From Gammaproteobacteria bacterium (lineage in GTDB: Bacteria; Pseudomonadota; Gammaproteobacteria; Steroidobacterales; GCA-2729495), in the NCBI GenBank assembly GCA_965221985.1, contig OZ244928.1, positions 535,198 to 599,197 on the forward strand: 64,000 nucleotides of DNA, in the 5' to 3' direction. Positions within the stretch are counted from its first letter, which is position 1; the number at the start of each line of letters is the position of its first letter. Made by a program: the position numbers and the translations under genes. Below, piece after piece: positions 10,433-20,629 of this stretch. The notes beneath the pieces were generated by a model. The model was not told the origin of the DNA. It made no database searches and saw only the letters and a list, made by a program, of their open reading frames with translations.

Positions 10433-12343
10433 ATGGATATCCCCAGCGTGATCACTAGTGTAGCCAGGCCCCTGGGCGGCGCGTTGCTCGTCGCGCTCTC
10501 GACATTGACTTGCGCCAAGCCACTCGCTGCGGAGGAAGGGCTCAGCGATATCGTCGTCACCGCGTCGCGCCTCAACCGTTCGGCGGCCGAGCTAAGCCAG
10601 ACCATCGAAACGGTTTCACACGATGAGATCACATCGCTGCAAGCCGCCAGCGTCGTAGAAGTCCTGCGCCAGTTACCCGGAACCAATGTTATTCAACAGG
10701 GCGGGCGCGGCGGGATCAGCAGTATCCTGCTCCGCGGTGGAGAACCCAATTTCAACGTGGTGCTGATTGACGGTATCCAGGTCAACGACCCGACCAACAC
10801 CCGCGGCGGTTCCTACGATCTTGGTGCGCTGGAACAGTCACAGCTAGAGCAGGTGGAAGTTATTCTGGGCTCAATGTCGCCAGTGTATGGCTCGGACGCG
10901 CTATCCGGCGTGGTCAATTTCATTACGCGGGGGCCGAACTCACCGTCTAGCATCAACATCGAAGCCGGCACGCAGGGTTACGGATCGGCCAGCGCTTTCT
11001 TTGCCAGGCAGTTCGAGACCATCGGGCTTGGTATCGGCGGCAATTTCACGGAGGACGACGGTGACGTGGAAGGCGCCAGTTACCGCTCCGACTCATTGCA
11101 CGGCAGGTTTACCGCGAACTTTGCCGGCGACGGCCGCGCCGGACTGAGCTTCGGCTTCCAGGACTACACAACCACCAGCTTCCCGGAAGACAGCGGCGGC
11201 CCAAAACTCGCTTTGATTCGCGCCGTTGACCAGCGCGACGCCGAAGAGGCCCGGGCCGGGCTGCAACTCAGCTATCCCTTCGCCGACCGCTGGGAAACCG
11301 GCCTCTGGGCCAGCGTCTACCAACGTGAGGAAAGCTACGTCTCGCCGGGTATCGCGCCCGGCCTACTCGACGGCATACCCCCTAATTCCGCCGACACTGA
11401 TTTCGATCGCCGCCAGCTACGGGCTACGCTGCGTACCAGGCTGACGAACCAGTTCACCAGCGTCATCGGTGCCCAGTGGCAGAGCGAGGAAGGCAAGAGT
11501 ATCGGCGAGCTGGATTTCGGCTTTCCGTTACCGACGGATTTCGAGCTCGATCGCGATACCCTTAGCGCATTTGCCGAAGCCAGTTTCGACACCGGGCGCT
11601 TCGCGTTGCAGGGTGGGATCCGCTGGGACGACCCGGACCAGATCAGCAGCGTAGTGACCGGCCGACTTGGCGTGATCTACCGGCTCAGTGACGGCCTGAC
11701 CGAGTTGCGCGCCAACTGGGGCGAGGGATTCAAGGCACCGAGTTTCTTCGCCCTCGCCCACCCGCTGGTGGGCAACCCAAACCTGAAGTCAGAAACCGGC
11801 GACAGCATCGACATCGGTTTGCGCCGGCGGTTCGTCGACGGCGCCGCCAGTATCGACATCACGCTGTTCCGTCACGAGTACGAAAACCTGATCGATTTCG
11901 ATCCGGCAAATTTCACCAACGTCAACCGCGACAGCGTCGAGGCAAGCGGCGCGCAAACCACGGTCACCTACTCGCCGACAACGGGCATCCGCTTACTCGC
12001 CCACCTGACCTGGCTCGACACTGATGTGAAAGACACCAGCACAACGCTTCGCGGACGGCCCGAGTGGCGTGGCGGTGGCTCGTTGGACTGGGAAGTCGTC
12101 AGCAATTGGCGGTGGATCACCCGCATCCTCGCCCTTGACGATTTCTACGAGTCTTCGGTGCCAACGGGCGGTGTGTGGCTGGACGGCTACGTCCGCATGG
12201 ACACTGCCCTCAACTGGCAGGCAAGCGATGCCCTGAGCTTTGGCCTGGCCATCGATAACCTGTTCGACGAGACCTACGAAGAGGCCGCCGGGTTTCCGGC
12301 GGCCGGGATTCGCGGGCGGCTCGCGTTGCGCTACGAGTTCTAG
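10433..12343 (+). CDS. TonB-dependent receptor
   Basis: The ORF starts at 10247, but the signal-peptide start MDIPSVITSVARPLGGALLVALSTLTCAKPLAAEEG begins at 10433. It has the plug motifs DIVVTASR and NVVLIDGIQVND, and ends with the canonical C-terminal LALRYEF. Confidence 0.85.
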   Translation: MDIPSVITSVARPLGGALLVALSTLTCAKPLAAEEGLSDIVVTASRLNRSAAELSQTIETVSHDEITSLQAASVVEVLRQLPGTNVIQQGGRGGISSILLRGGEPNFNVVLIDGIQVNDPTNTRGGSYDLGALEQSQLEQVEVILGSMSPVYGSDALSGVVNFITRGPNSPSSINIEAGTQGYGSASAFFARQFETIGLGIGGNFTEDDGDVEGASYRSDSLHGRFTANFAGDGRAGLSFGFQDYTTTSFPEDSGGPKLALIRAVDQRDAEEARAGLQLSYPFADRWETGLWASVYQREESYVSPGIAPGLLDGIPPNSADTDFDRRQLRATLRTRLTNQFTSVIGAQWQSEEGKSIGELDFGFPLPTDFELDRDTLSAFAEASFDTGRFALQGGIRWDDPDQISSVVTGRLGVIYRLSDGLTELRANWGEGFKAPSFFALAHPLVGNPNLKSETGDSIDIGLRRRFVDGAASIDITLFRHEYENLIDFDPANFTNVNRDSVEASGAQTTVTYSPTTGIRLLAHLTWLDTDVKDTSTTLRGRPEWRGGGSLDWEVVSNWRWITRILALDDFYESSVPTGGVWLDGYVRMDTALNWQASDALSFGLAIDNLFDETYEEAAGFPAAGIRGRLALRYEF

Positions 12344-14637
12344 CGCGCCGCGCCAAAATTCACGCGGGCACCAACACCCCACCAACGCGGCAATCCATAG
12401 GCCTGCTGATTGAAACCAAACACGCCGGAGAAATCGAAGGTATAGCTCTTGTATTCTTCCTCAAAGGCGTTGTTCAGGAATGCGTAAACCTCCCAGGCTC
12501 CATCACCGGAGGTGTAGGAGCTGCGGAAGTTAACTACCGTGTAACCATCTTCCTTTGAGACCGGGTGGTTCTGAATGTCGTACCAGATTTCATTCTGATA
12601 GTTGCCCCAGCCCTGCACCGCCAGGGTGCCACCGAACGCCGGCCATTCGTAACGCGCCAAAGCATTCACGCTCAGTTCCGGTGCGCCCACCATGTTGCGA
12701 TCTTGCCGGGCGTCGCGCGTCACCGTCGGAATATCCTCGGCCGTCGCATCCAGCACGCCGAGGCCCAGTTGCAAGGTCAGGCCATCGATCGGGCGGCTGT
12801 CGATCTCGATCTCGGCACCGTAGACTTCGGCGTCGGCATTGAAGATAACTTGATTTAGGATCAGCCACTGAAAGGTCTGAAAATCCTGATAGTCATAGTA
12901 GAACACCGCCGCGTTCAGGCGGGTTGTGTCTGACAAGATCGTGGACTTTACCCCGAGTTCAAAAGCGTCGAGTGTTTCCGAGTCGAAGGGAATGGTTGGC
13001 AGCGGGTTTTCGCCGAACACCTGGGTGGTGTCCATGAAACCGTTGTTAAAGCCGGCCGATTTTTTGCCGCGCGAATAGGAACCGTACAACAGTACGTCAT
13101 CGGTGGCCGCCCAGTTCAGCTGCAGCTTCCCGGTTACGTAGTCTTCGTCCTGCTTGGCAAGATCACCCGCGCTGCTTTGATTAAACAGCAGCATGTAGTC
13201 CAGGGTCGGACGCGTTGGACTAATCGGCGGCACGGGTACCGTGGCGGTAATACCCGAGCTGTCGATGTTTTGGTAGTCGAGGGTTTTCTCCTCATCCGTC
13301 CAGCGCAAACCGGCGATGACCGTCCAGTTGTCGGCGAACTCGTATTCCACCTGGCCGAACAGATCAACCGATTCGGTTTTTTGAACGTAGTTCGCGTTCA
13401 TTCTTACGAAACCGATCGCATCAGTGTTCAGGCGATAGTCGCCCTCTACCTCGTTGTCGAAGTAGTAGAGACCCGCCAGCCAGTTAAGGCGATCGGCGCT
13501 GCCGGAGATGCGAAACTCCTGCGTAAACGTATCCGTCTCGGCAGCAAACGTCGGTGCAATGAAAGACAACTCCTGCCCCGCACCCAGGAAGGCATTCATA
13601 TCAGTATCTTCTTCCTGCAGACGCTCGACCTTGCCAAAAGCCGTGATCGACTTAAGCTGCAGCTCGCCGATGGACCAGCCGATATCCGCCGTGGCACCAG
13701 AGTTTTCTACCTTCACCCTGCCCGGGCGATCGTAGTCGCCGCTCCAAGGGTCGCCATCGGAATCGCGATATCCGAAGGCGTCGCAACCCGGGCAACTGCC
13801 CCAGAAGTTTTCGCCGGCCGGCAGCGCCAGACTCGTATTGCCGTCGGCGCTGGGCTTGGTTGCCTCATGTTGCCAGGCACCCACCTCGGCATCGTTCTCC
13901 GAGTAATGCCCGCTGATCAGAATGTCGACTTCATCTGAAGGCGTGAACAAAAGCTGCGCGCGCCCCGCGATGGAATCCGCACCGTTGTAGTCCTGCACGC
14001 CCGCCGTGCGGTTCTCTGTCCAACCGTCGTGCTTGTTGTAGCCCAAGGACAATCGGGCCATGACACCGTCAGCCAACGGACCGCCCACCGCGCCCTCGGC
14101 CTTGATCTGGCTGAAGTCGCCCAGCTGCCCATCGACGTAGGCATCAAATTCATCAGTCGGCCGGCGGGTGACGTAGTGGATCACGCCGCCGGTGGAGTTG
14201 CGTCCGAACAGCGCGCCTTGCGGTCCACGCAGCACCTCGATCCGGTCGATATCAAATAACTGCAGCGCCAGGCCACCCATGGCCGGCTTGTAGACGTCGT
14301 CTACGTAGACCGCCACCGGGTTCTCCTGCGCATCGGCGAAATCGTTTAGGCCAACACCGCGCAGAAAGAAGTTGATTTGACTGGATTCCGCCTGCGGCAC
14401 CGTGTAATTCAGGTTCGGTGTCATGTGGGTAACGTCAGTGGTGTTGACGAAACCCAAGGCCTTAATCTGGTCACCACCAAATGCGGTGACCGAAACACCG
14501 ACATCCTGCAGGTTCTGTTCGCGACGTTGCGCGGTCACGACGATGTCTTCAAGAACTCCCTGGGCGGCGGCGAAATCGCCGGCCAGGATCGACAATGCCA
14601 GCGCCGCAATCGGCGCCGCTGATTTTTTACTCCACAT
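12340..14637 (-). CDS. TonB-dependent receptor
   Basis: Signal peptide MWSKKSAAPIAALALSILAGDFAAAQG, then the TonB box/plug DIVVTAQRREQNLQDVGVSV. It converges on the previous gene with overlapping stop codons (CTAG at 12340-12343). Confidence 0.85.
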   Translation of the reverse strand: MWSKKSAAPIAALALSILAGDFAAAQGVLEDIVVTAQRREQNLQDVGVSVTAFGGDQIKALGFVNTTDVTHMTPNLNYTVPQAESSQINFFLRGVGLNDFADAQENPVAVYVDDVYKPAMGGLALQLFDIDRIEVLRGPQGALFGRNSTGGVIHYVTRRPTDEFDAYVDGQLGDFSQIKAEGAVGGPLADGVMARLSLGYNKHDGWTENRTAGVQDYNGADSIAGRAQLLFTPSDEVDILISGHYSENDAEVGAWQHEATKPSADGNTSLALPAGENFWGSCPGCDAFGYRDSDGDPWSGDYDRPGRVKVENSGATADIGWSIGELQLKSITAFGKVERLQEEDTDMNAFLGAGQELSFIAPTFAAETDTFTQEFRISGSADRLNWLAGLYYFDNEVEGDYRLNTDAIGFVRMNANYVQKTESVDLFGQVEYEFADNWTVIAGLRWTDEEKTLDYQNIDSSGITATVPVPPISPTRPTLDYMLLFNQSSAGDLAKQDEDYVTGKLQLNWAATDDVLLYGSYSRGKKSAGFNNGFMDTTQVFGENPLPTIPFDSETLDAFELGVKSTILSDTTRLNAAVFYYDYQDFQTFQWLILNQVIFNADAEVYGAEIEIDSRPIDGLTLQLGLGVLDATAEDIPTVTRDARQDRNMVGAPELSVNALARYEWPAFGGTLAVQGWGNYQNEIWYDIQNHPVSKEDGYTVVNFRSSYTSGDGAWEVYAFLNNAFEEEYKSYTFDFSGVFGFNQQAYGLPRWWGVGARVNFGAAR

Positions 14638-14699
14638 ACTGACTGCCCCCCTGTTGGACATCTGTACTAACCCTATCCTAATACTTGCCGTCTGGCTGT

Positions 14700-15914
14700 C
14701 TAGCTCTCCAACCACGGCCCCCACAGTTGCTGTTTCACGTCCTCCCAGGACGCGTCTTCGTCGCCGCCTGCTTGGAAGCGGCACCCCGGATGCTCGTAGG
14801 CCGGCGGTGTCCAGGTCCCACGGTCCACGAGCCTCTGAATATTGGCGCGATAAATCTCGTCCACCTCCGCATGCGACTTCGGGTCGTCCTTAAGCCACAG
14901 GTTTTTCGGGTGGATGGCTTCTTCATACATGCGGCTGAATAGCTCCACGCGCAGGTCCTTCAGCCAGTTGCTGTTCAGGTTCATGGCGCGGAACTGGCGC
15001 AGCGCCTCGATATCGATGGTGGCGGCAACGATAGTGTTATTGGTGGATGCGCTGTAGGACACGATCTGACCACGGTAGTCAACGATATGCGCGCTGCCGC
15101 CAGCAATGTCCACCGGGTGTTTCGAGGCCGCGCCGAGATAAACCGGGCCCGCATTGGGACACAGCATATAGACTGAGTTGAACTCGGCATGGCCTTGGTT
15201 CTGAATCATCCAGGTACCGCCGCCCGGGTAGCCTGCCGTGGTCATGGGCGTGGCCTCACTGGGGCGATACACGACTTCCGCGCCGTTGAAAGCCAGCGCC
15301 CGCACGGCCTCCGGGTACTCGCCATCACTGCAGCAGATTGTGCCGATGTTGCCGATGTCATCGGTCTTCAGCACCGGATAGAACGCGTCGATGCCGTCCC
15401 CGTATAGTTCAACCCAGCGGTCGTAAACATCATGCGGCGTGCAGGAGCGCTCGCGGCACCAAAGGTGATTTTTTGCCGCCTTGTGCACGACTTCGCCGTT
15501 GGGCCCGATGACGAACAAGGTGTTGAAATAGCGGTCGGCCATTACCTCGGGCCAGCGCGCTTTGCACTGGGCAATAATATAAGTGTCGTAGAGTTTTGCC
15601 AGCCGGCCGAGCTGTTCGGTCTCTTCACCGGGAATGTCGATAAACAGATCGCGAGCTGCCAGCACATGGGGCAGATCGAAAATCTCATCAGTAAACCCGG
15701 TCAGGGCACCTTCGGCCAGGCAGATAACCTTGACCGGCATGTTGATATTGACCATCGACACGCCGGCGTGGATGGCCTCCTCGATGGTCTCCAGATTGTG
15801 ACGAATCTGTCTGCGCTCGGAAATACCATAAATGACAGTGGACAATCCCACCGCCAGGTACGGCGCTACAGGTTTCCCAGCCTGCTGTTGGGGCATTGGC
15901 ACCCAGTCTCCCAT
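14700..15914 (-). CDS. Carbon-nitrogen hydrolase family amidase (aliphatic amidase/formamidase-like)
   Basis: GEETE, YNTLFVIGPNGEVV and IGTICCSDGEYPE align with the AmiE motifs GEETE and ISLIICDDGNYPE, which include the catalytic Cys. Confidence 0.8.
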   Translation of the reverse strand: MGDWVPMPQQQAGKPVAPYLAVGLSTVIYGISERRQIRHNLETIEEAIHAGVSMVNINMPVKVICLAEGALTGFTDEIFDLPHVLAARDLFIDIPGEETEQLGRLAKLYDTYIIAQCKARWPEVMADRYFNTLFVIGPNGEVVHKAAKNHLWCRERSCTPHDVYDRWVELYGDGIDAFYPVLKTDDIGNIGTICCSDGEYPEAVRALAFNGAEVVYRPSEATPMTTAGYPGGGTWMIQNQGHAEFNSVYMLCPNAGPVYLGAASKHPVDIAGGSAHIVDYRGQIVSYSASTNNTIVAATIDIEALRQFRAMNLNSNWLKDLRVELFSRMYEEAIHPKNLWLKDDPKSHAEVDEIYRANIQRLVDRGTWTPPAYEHPGCRFQAGGDEDASWEDVKQQLWGPWLES

Positions 15915-15999
15915 CCCTATGTCCGGTCGATATTAGGTCGACTGACAAAATAGATCAAGCCCGGTAAGATGCTGATTTAGCGGCAGTATCGGGGGCTGC

Positions 16000-16629
16000 A
16001 TGGCAACGGACGGCGAACATTCCAATCTGCACAAGAGCGTGCGGCAGGGTACGGCGCAACGGCGTCCGGGCAAGGCCACTGCGGCACGGCTGGTGGAAAC
16101 CGCTTACGAAATCCTGGAGTCGGAGAACCTCGACCGCTTCAGCATGCGCAAGGTAGCCGAACGTGCCGGCGTCAGCCTGGCCAATCTGCAGTATTACTTC
16201 CCCACTCGCAACGACCTCGCCCACGCGCTGTTCCTCTATGTCGGCGCGCGTTACAAATCTGCCTACGACGCCTGCACCGCCGCCGCGCCGGCCGATCCCG
16301 TCGAGCGCCTGAAGGCAGTGTTGCGCTTTAACCTGCAGGACATCACGCAGCCCTCTACCCGCCGGTTCTTCATGCAATTCTGGGCCCTAATCGGCGCGAT
16401 GGACGATTTCGCGGGCCGCCATCTTGGCGAACTTTATGCCATCGATATCGATCAGCTCAGCGAGCACATTCGTCCGCTGCAACCGGAACTGCCGGAATCC
16501 GAGATCCGCCGTCGCGCGGTGATGATCGCCGGCCTGACCGAGGGACTAACGGTGGTGCTCGGCGATGACGTTGACGGCTCGGTGGTGGAAACCGCGCTTC
16601 AGTTGATGGTGGACATCGCCACAGGTTAG
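16000..16629 (+). CDS. TetR family transcriptional regulator
   Basis: The HTH FSMRKVAERAGVSLANLQYYFPTRNDL. Divergent from the amidase gene. Confidence 0.85.
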   Translation: MATDGEHSNLHKSVRQGTAQRRPGKATAARLVETAYEILESENLDRFSMRKVAERAGVSLANLQYYFPTRNDLAHALFLYVGARYKSAYDACTAAAPADPVERLKAVLRFNLQDITQPSTRRFFMQFWALIGAMDDFAGRHLGELYAIDIDQLSEHIRPLQPELPESEIRRRAVMIAGLTEGLTVVLGDDVDGSVVETALQLMVDIATG

Positions 16630-16646
16630 CGCAACGGGTGCTGAGT

Positions 16647-17804
16647 CTAGACAGATGTCCGGCTACGGCGAACGATAAACAGGAACGCTAGGGTACTCAG
16701 CACGCAGGCAACCCCGGCCATCCACAAAATGCCACTGTAGTCACCGTCGCGGATCAAGCCGGCCGCGACACTGGGGCCGATGGCCGAACCGAGACCTTGC
16801 GCGGCGGTCATCATCACCAGGTAGCGGCCGCGGACGTCTAAATTGGCAATAGCACCCATCTGGTACGACACGCCAACGATGAATAGCGCCTGCATCGCTC
16901 CGGTGCTGGCAAAGTAAATGGCGGCACCAAAGTCGCCGAGCAATGCAAACAGCGCGGCACACTGGCCAAGCATAACGATTAACAACGGCAGATAACGTCC
17001 ATAGCGATCGCTGGCCGCAGCGGCTGCCAGCGCACCAGCAATCGCCATGATCTGCGAGACACCCAGCGCCAAGCCGATGGTGCCGGCAGACAAGCCGCTG
17101 GCCTGGCCGATTCGTTCGACAAACGCCCAGAAGCCGAACACGTTGATGAAGAACACCACGCTTGCGCCAAGACCCAGCCATATCAGTGCGGTGTGCCCGG
17201 CGACGGGCGCCGCGGCGGCACCGTCGGCGGCAACCCGCAATAGTCCGGCCGCCGGAAACCGAAGCAAAGTCAGCATCATGGCAATCGCACCCGCGGCCAG
17301 CATCAAGTAGATCGCCGGCAGGCCCCACCCATCCAGCAACCAGGGCGCGGCAGTAAAGGCTGCAAGCATCATCACGCCCTGCACTGCCTGGGCCAGGCCA
17401 AAAGCTCGATCGGGAGCACGATTGTCGCCGAGCGCGGCCACGGTCACCGCCATCACGCTGCCACCGGCCATGCCGCTGAAAAAACGTAGCACCAACAGTG
17501 GCTCGAAAGTTGTGACAGCAGCACTCGCTGCGTTCAAGGCCGCGTACAGCAGAAACCATCCGGCCAGCGACCGCAGCCAAGACCAACGACGAATCCACAT
17601 GGCAGCGAGTACGGAGGCCACGACCAGCCCAAGCCCTTCCAGGGACGCGATGCTCGCGGCCTGCTGTTCGGTCAATCCGTAACCATCCACCAGCCCGCCA
17701 ACAATCATCGGCATCAGAATGATCGCGGCCGGCCCGAGGGGGTAGACCAGGCAGATCAGTAAGGTAGTCGCCAACCCGTCGTCGAAGGCCCTACCTTGCT
17801 TCAT
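16647..17804 (-). CDS. MFS transporter
   Basis: Twelve-TM hydrophobic profile with Gly/Ala-rich helices. The internal minus ORF 16741-17598 is a frame artifact. Confidence 0.8.
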   Translation of the reverse strand: MKQGRAFDDGLATTLLICLVYPLGPAAIILMPMIVGGLVDGYGLTEQQAASIASLEGLGLVVASVLAAMWIRRWSWLRSLAGWFLLYAALNAASAAVTTFEPLLVLRFFSGMAGGSVMAVTVAALGDNRAPDRAFGLAQAVQGVMMLAAFTAAPWLLDGWGLPAIYLMLAAGAIAMMLTLLRFPAAGLLRVAADGAAAAPVAGHTALIWLGLGASVVFFINVFGFWAFVERIGQASGLSAGTIGLALGVSQIMAIAGALAAAAASDRYGRYLPLLIVMLGQCAALFALLGDFGAAIYFASTGAMQALFIVGVSYQMGAIANLDVRGRYLVMMTAAQGLGSAIGPSVAAGLIRDGDYSGILWMAGVACVLSTLAFLFIVRRSRTSV

Positions 17805-17820
17805 CGAATTAACGCCCGGT

Positions 17821-18645
17821 TCACTGCGCCGTCAGGCCGCCATCGATAACAAACTCCGCGCCGGTGACGAAACGCGCAGCATCTGAAGCCAGGAACAGAA
17901 TCATCGCCGCGATGTCGCGGGGCTGGCCGATCTCCGGCAATACCTGCATGTCCATGTAGAACTGCATGGCCTCATCAATACTCCCGACCATACCCTTGTC
18001 GCGCATGTCCACTAGCTCCTGCTCGAACATGGGTGTGAGTGTATTGCCGGGATGTACGGTATTCACGCGCACACCATACGCCTTGCGACCGCACTCCACT
18101 GCCACGCTCTTGCTGAACAAACGCACCGCACCCTTAGTCGAACAATAGGCCGTGAGTTCTTCCGCGCCGATGATACCGCCCACCGAAGACAGGTTGATGA
18201 TGGCACCACCGCGCCCGCCGCGCCCGCCGGGGCGCATCACATCCACCGCTTCGCGCGTGCCGATGAATACGCTTTCCAGGTTAACCGCGTGAACTCGCCG
18301 CCAGTCATCAAGGGTGGTTTCCAACAAGGTCTTCACGATGGCGACACCGGCATTGTTCACCAACACGTCGAGTCCGCCGTGACGATCAATCACACCGCCG
18401 ATTGCCGCGCGCCACTGCGCCTCATCGGTAACATCCAGTGGCACAAACTCAGCTTTACCACCGGCGGCGACAATATCGGCAACAACCTGGTTCGCAGCGT
18501 CGGCATCAATGTCGGCAACGGCCACTGCCGCGCCATGCTCTGCCAGCACCGCCGCGCAGGCGGCACCGATGCCCTTGGCGGCACCCGTAACCAGGGCCAC
18601 TTTGCCCTGGACATGAATCGCGGGTTGCCGCTCCAGGGCGTTCAC
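17821..18645 (-). CDS. SDR family oxidoreductase
   Basis: VALVTGAAKGIGAACA (TGxxxGxG) and the catalytic YCSTK. Confidence 0.85.
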   Translation of the reverse strand: MNALERQPAIHVQGKVALVTGAAKGIGAACAAVLAEHGAAVAVADIDADAANQVVADIVAAGGKAEFVPLDVTDEAQWRAAIGGVIDRHGGLDVLVNNAGVAIVKTLLETTLDDWRRVHAVNLESVFIGTREAVDVMRPGGRGGRGGAIINLSSVGGIIGAEELTAYCSTKGAVRLFSKSVAVECGRKAYGVRVNTVHPGNTLTPMFEQELVDMRDKGMVGSIDEAMQFYMDMQVLPEIGQPRDIAAMILFLASDAARFVTGAEFVIDGGLTAQ

Positions 18646-20528
18646 GACCGGTTCAGCAAATAGATCACGCTCGGTGCTGAACCACCGCGGCCCTCCATCG
18701 CCTTGTGCTTGGTCAGCCAGTCAGGCGGCACCAGTTCCGGGAAATTGCCCAGCCCGAGAACAATGTCGAGCTTGTCGTCGCCGTTGACATCAGCCGCTTC
18801 GATGGATGTCCAGGGGCTGAAAAACTCCGTGGGTATGGACTGCGGAGTGAATTCAAAACCGCCGTCATTTTTCAGGTAAACGAAACTCTCGGGCTCGTCC
18901 TGGTTCCACTGCGGAAACAGTGCGATGACCGCGATGTCCGGATCGCCATCGGCGTCGAAATCCTCAACCACCGAGCGAATTGCACCGTGCATGCGGTAGT
19001 AGTACTGCGGCGAGAACTTCAGATCACCGTCGTTGCGCCAGACCCGAATACCATGTTGCGGCCGCGGTGCCGGTACAACGTTAATCACATGGTTGCCCGC
19101 CACGTTATCGCCATTGATGACCACTAGGTCGGCGTCGCCGTCACCGTCAAAATCGGCGGCCCGCAAACTGTTGCCACCCCAGGACGGACGATTCTCATCG
19201 ATGATCAGTTTGCGGTAGGTTTCGTCACCGTTGTTAACGTAGAGCTGCAGCTCCTGCTTGCCCTGGGCCACGACCGTGGCGATGTCCGGCAAATCATCGC
19301 CGTTGAAATCCGCGATGGTGCTACCGATCATTCCGGAATCTGTCGCGATGATGGACTCGCGCAACGCGCCGGGGAGCACACCAGGCTCGATTTTCGCCGG
19401 CGCATCCTGCCAGGCGTCGGCGAAATCAGGCGTCTGGTAGAAGATCGTCAGTTCGCTGTTGGCATCTTCAAAAATGCCGTCGCCGAAGGCATTGGCGACG
19501 ATGTCGTCCAGACCGTCGCCGTTCATGTCGTGACGGTGATGTTGTACGAAACGCTGTCTACCATTCACCAACATGCGCGCGCGCAATTCACCATCCTCGA
19601 GCGTCCAGTCGCTGATTCGTGCTATGCCGACACGGCTCATGGGGAAACGGCCGTGCTCCACAATGCGCGCGCCGGTTTCAGTCAAGGCCATGTCTATGGC
19701 ATCGCTATCCAAACGAGTCTCGGCAAGACGCTCGCCGGAATCCAAGTCGAACAACACAACATCGTCCCAGTCCTCGAAGCCTTCGCGGCGCTCACCGCCG
19801 CCGACCCAGTCGTCGATAACGGTCCGGCCCACGTAGATTTGCTGACGGCCGGGATCAACCAAAGTGGCCAAAACCAGGCCGTTCGGTTCTAAGTCTAAAT
19901 TCGGTACCACGGCCTCGAAGGTGTCGGCCACCGGTGGCTTCGGCCCCTGCATCTCCATCTCCTGCCAGGGCCGCGCATTACTAACGTAGTACTCGCGCAT
20001 ACGCCGCCACTCGTCGGCCGTCATCAACGGTGCTGGCGGAATATACTGCTTGAACGGATAGAGATCGCGGAAATAGCCGTTGCTGTCGTAGAGGAAATAG
20101 CGCTTGGTGTAGTCGGGCACTGGTTCCATCATCGGCGGTGCAGGCTCGGTGCGCATGTCGGGAAATTCATCGCCCTTCATGCCCACATAGTTGCCCATGT
20201 AGTGCAGCGCGAACGACCAGTACTCGCGCGAAAGGTCTTCGGGTTCCGGTGCCAGGTGGCAACGCACGCAGTGCATTTCCACCAGCTGCTCAACACTAAT
20301 TTCCGCCGCGGCGGCAGGCTGCGTAGTGGCCGTGGCGGACTCGTCCGCCACCTCTTCGGAGTCGCGCGGCGATTCGCAGCCGACGCAAAACACAATCGAA
20401 AGCAGACCCAATATTGCCAAGGCTGATCGCGGCAACGGTAAGCAATTTTCTCTGATCAGTTTTATCACGCTACACCCCCTGCAGCAGCCGCTACGCGCGG
20501 CCAAATCGCCAGACACCGCCAGCGACAA
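18642..20528 (-). CDS. FG-GAP repeat (integrin-alpha beta-propeller) protein with an N-terminal CXXCH heme-binding motif. Probably a lipoprotein
   Basis: CVRCH at the N-terminus. Repeats DMNGDGLDDIV, DFNGDDLPDIA, DFDGDGDADLV, DFDADGDPDIAV, DVNGDDKLDIV. The candidate lipobox LSIVFCVGC. The true start may lie internal to the ORF. Confidence 0.7.
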   Translation of the reverse strand: MSLAVSGDLAARSGCCRGCSVIKLIRENCLPLPRSALAILGLLSIVFCVGCESPRDSEEVADESATATTQPAAAAEISVEQLVEMHCVRCHLAPEPEDLSREYWSFALHYMGNYVGMKGDEFPDMRTEPAPPMMEPVPDYTKRYFLYDSNGYFRDLYPFKQYIPPAPLMTADEWRRMREYYVSNARPWQEMEMQGPKPPVADTFEAVVPNLDLEPNGLVLATLVDPGRQQIYVGRTVIDDWVGGGERREGFEDWDDVVLFDLDSGERLAETRLDSDAIDMALTETGARIVEHGRFPMSRVGIARISDWTLEDGELRARMLVNGRQRFVQHHRHDMNGDGLDDIVANAFGDGIFEDANSELTIFYQTPDFADAWQDAPAKIEPGVLPGALRESIIATDSGMIGSTIADFNGDDLPDIATVVAQGKQELQLYVNNGDETYRKLIIDENRPSWGGNSLRAADFDGDGDADLVVINGDNVAGNHVINVVPAPRPQHGIRVWRNDGDLKFSPQYYYRMHGAIRSVVEDFDADGDPDIAVIALFPQWNQDEPESFVYLKNDGGFEFTPQSIPTEFFSPWTSIEAADVNGDDKLDIVLGLGNFPELVPPDWLTKHKAMEGRGGSAPSVIYLLNRS

Positions 20529-20629
20529 TAAACCGCTGCGCTGGCTGGCTCAAGGTGGACTGCACCCGCGCAGGCAGCGAGGACTTTCAATCGAGTATGC
20601 TGATGATGGATTCGGGAGGCAGCAAACCC

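Noticed and set aside
13177-13938. A 253-aa plus ORF inside the second TonB receptor
   Set aside because: It is antisense to a well-supported receptor gene and has no motif.
16741-17598. A 285-aa minus ORF rich in Arg/Cys inside the MFS transporter gene
   Set aside because: It is a frame-shifted overlap of the MFS gene. The MFS frame gives a 12-TM profile.
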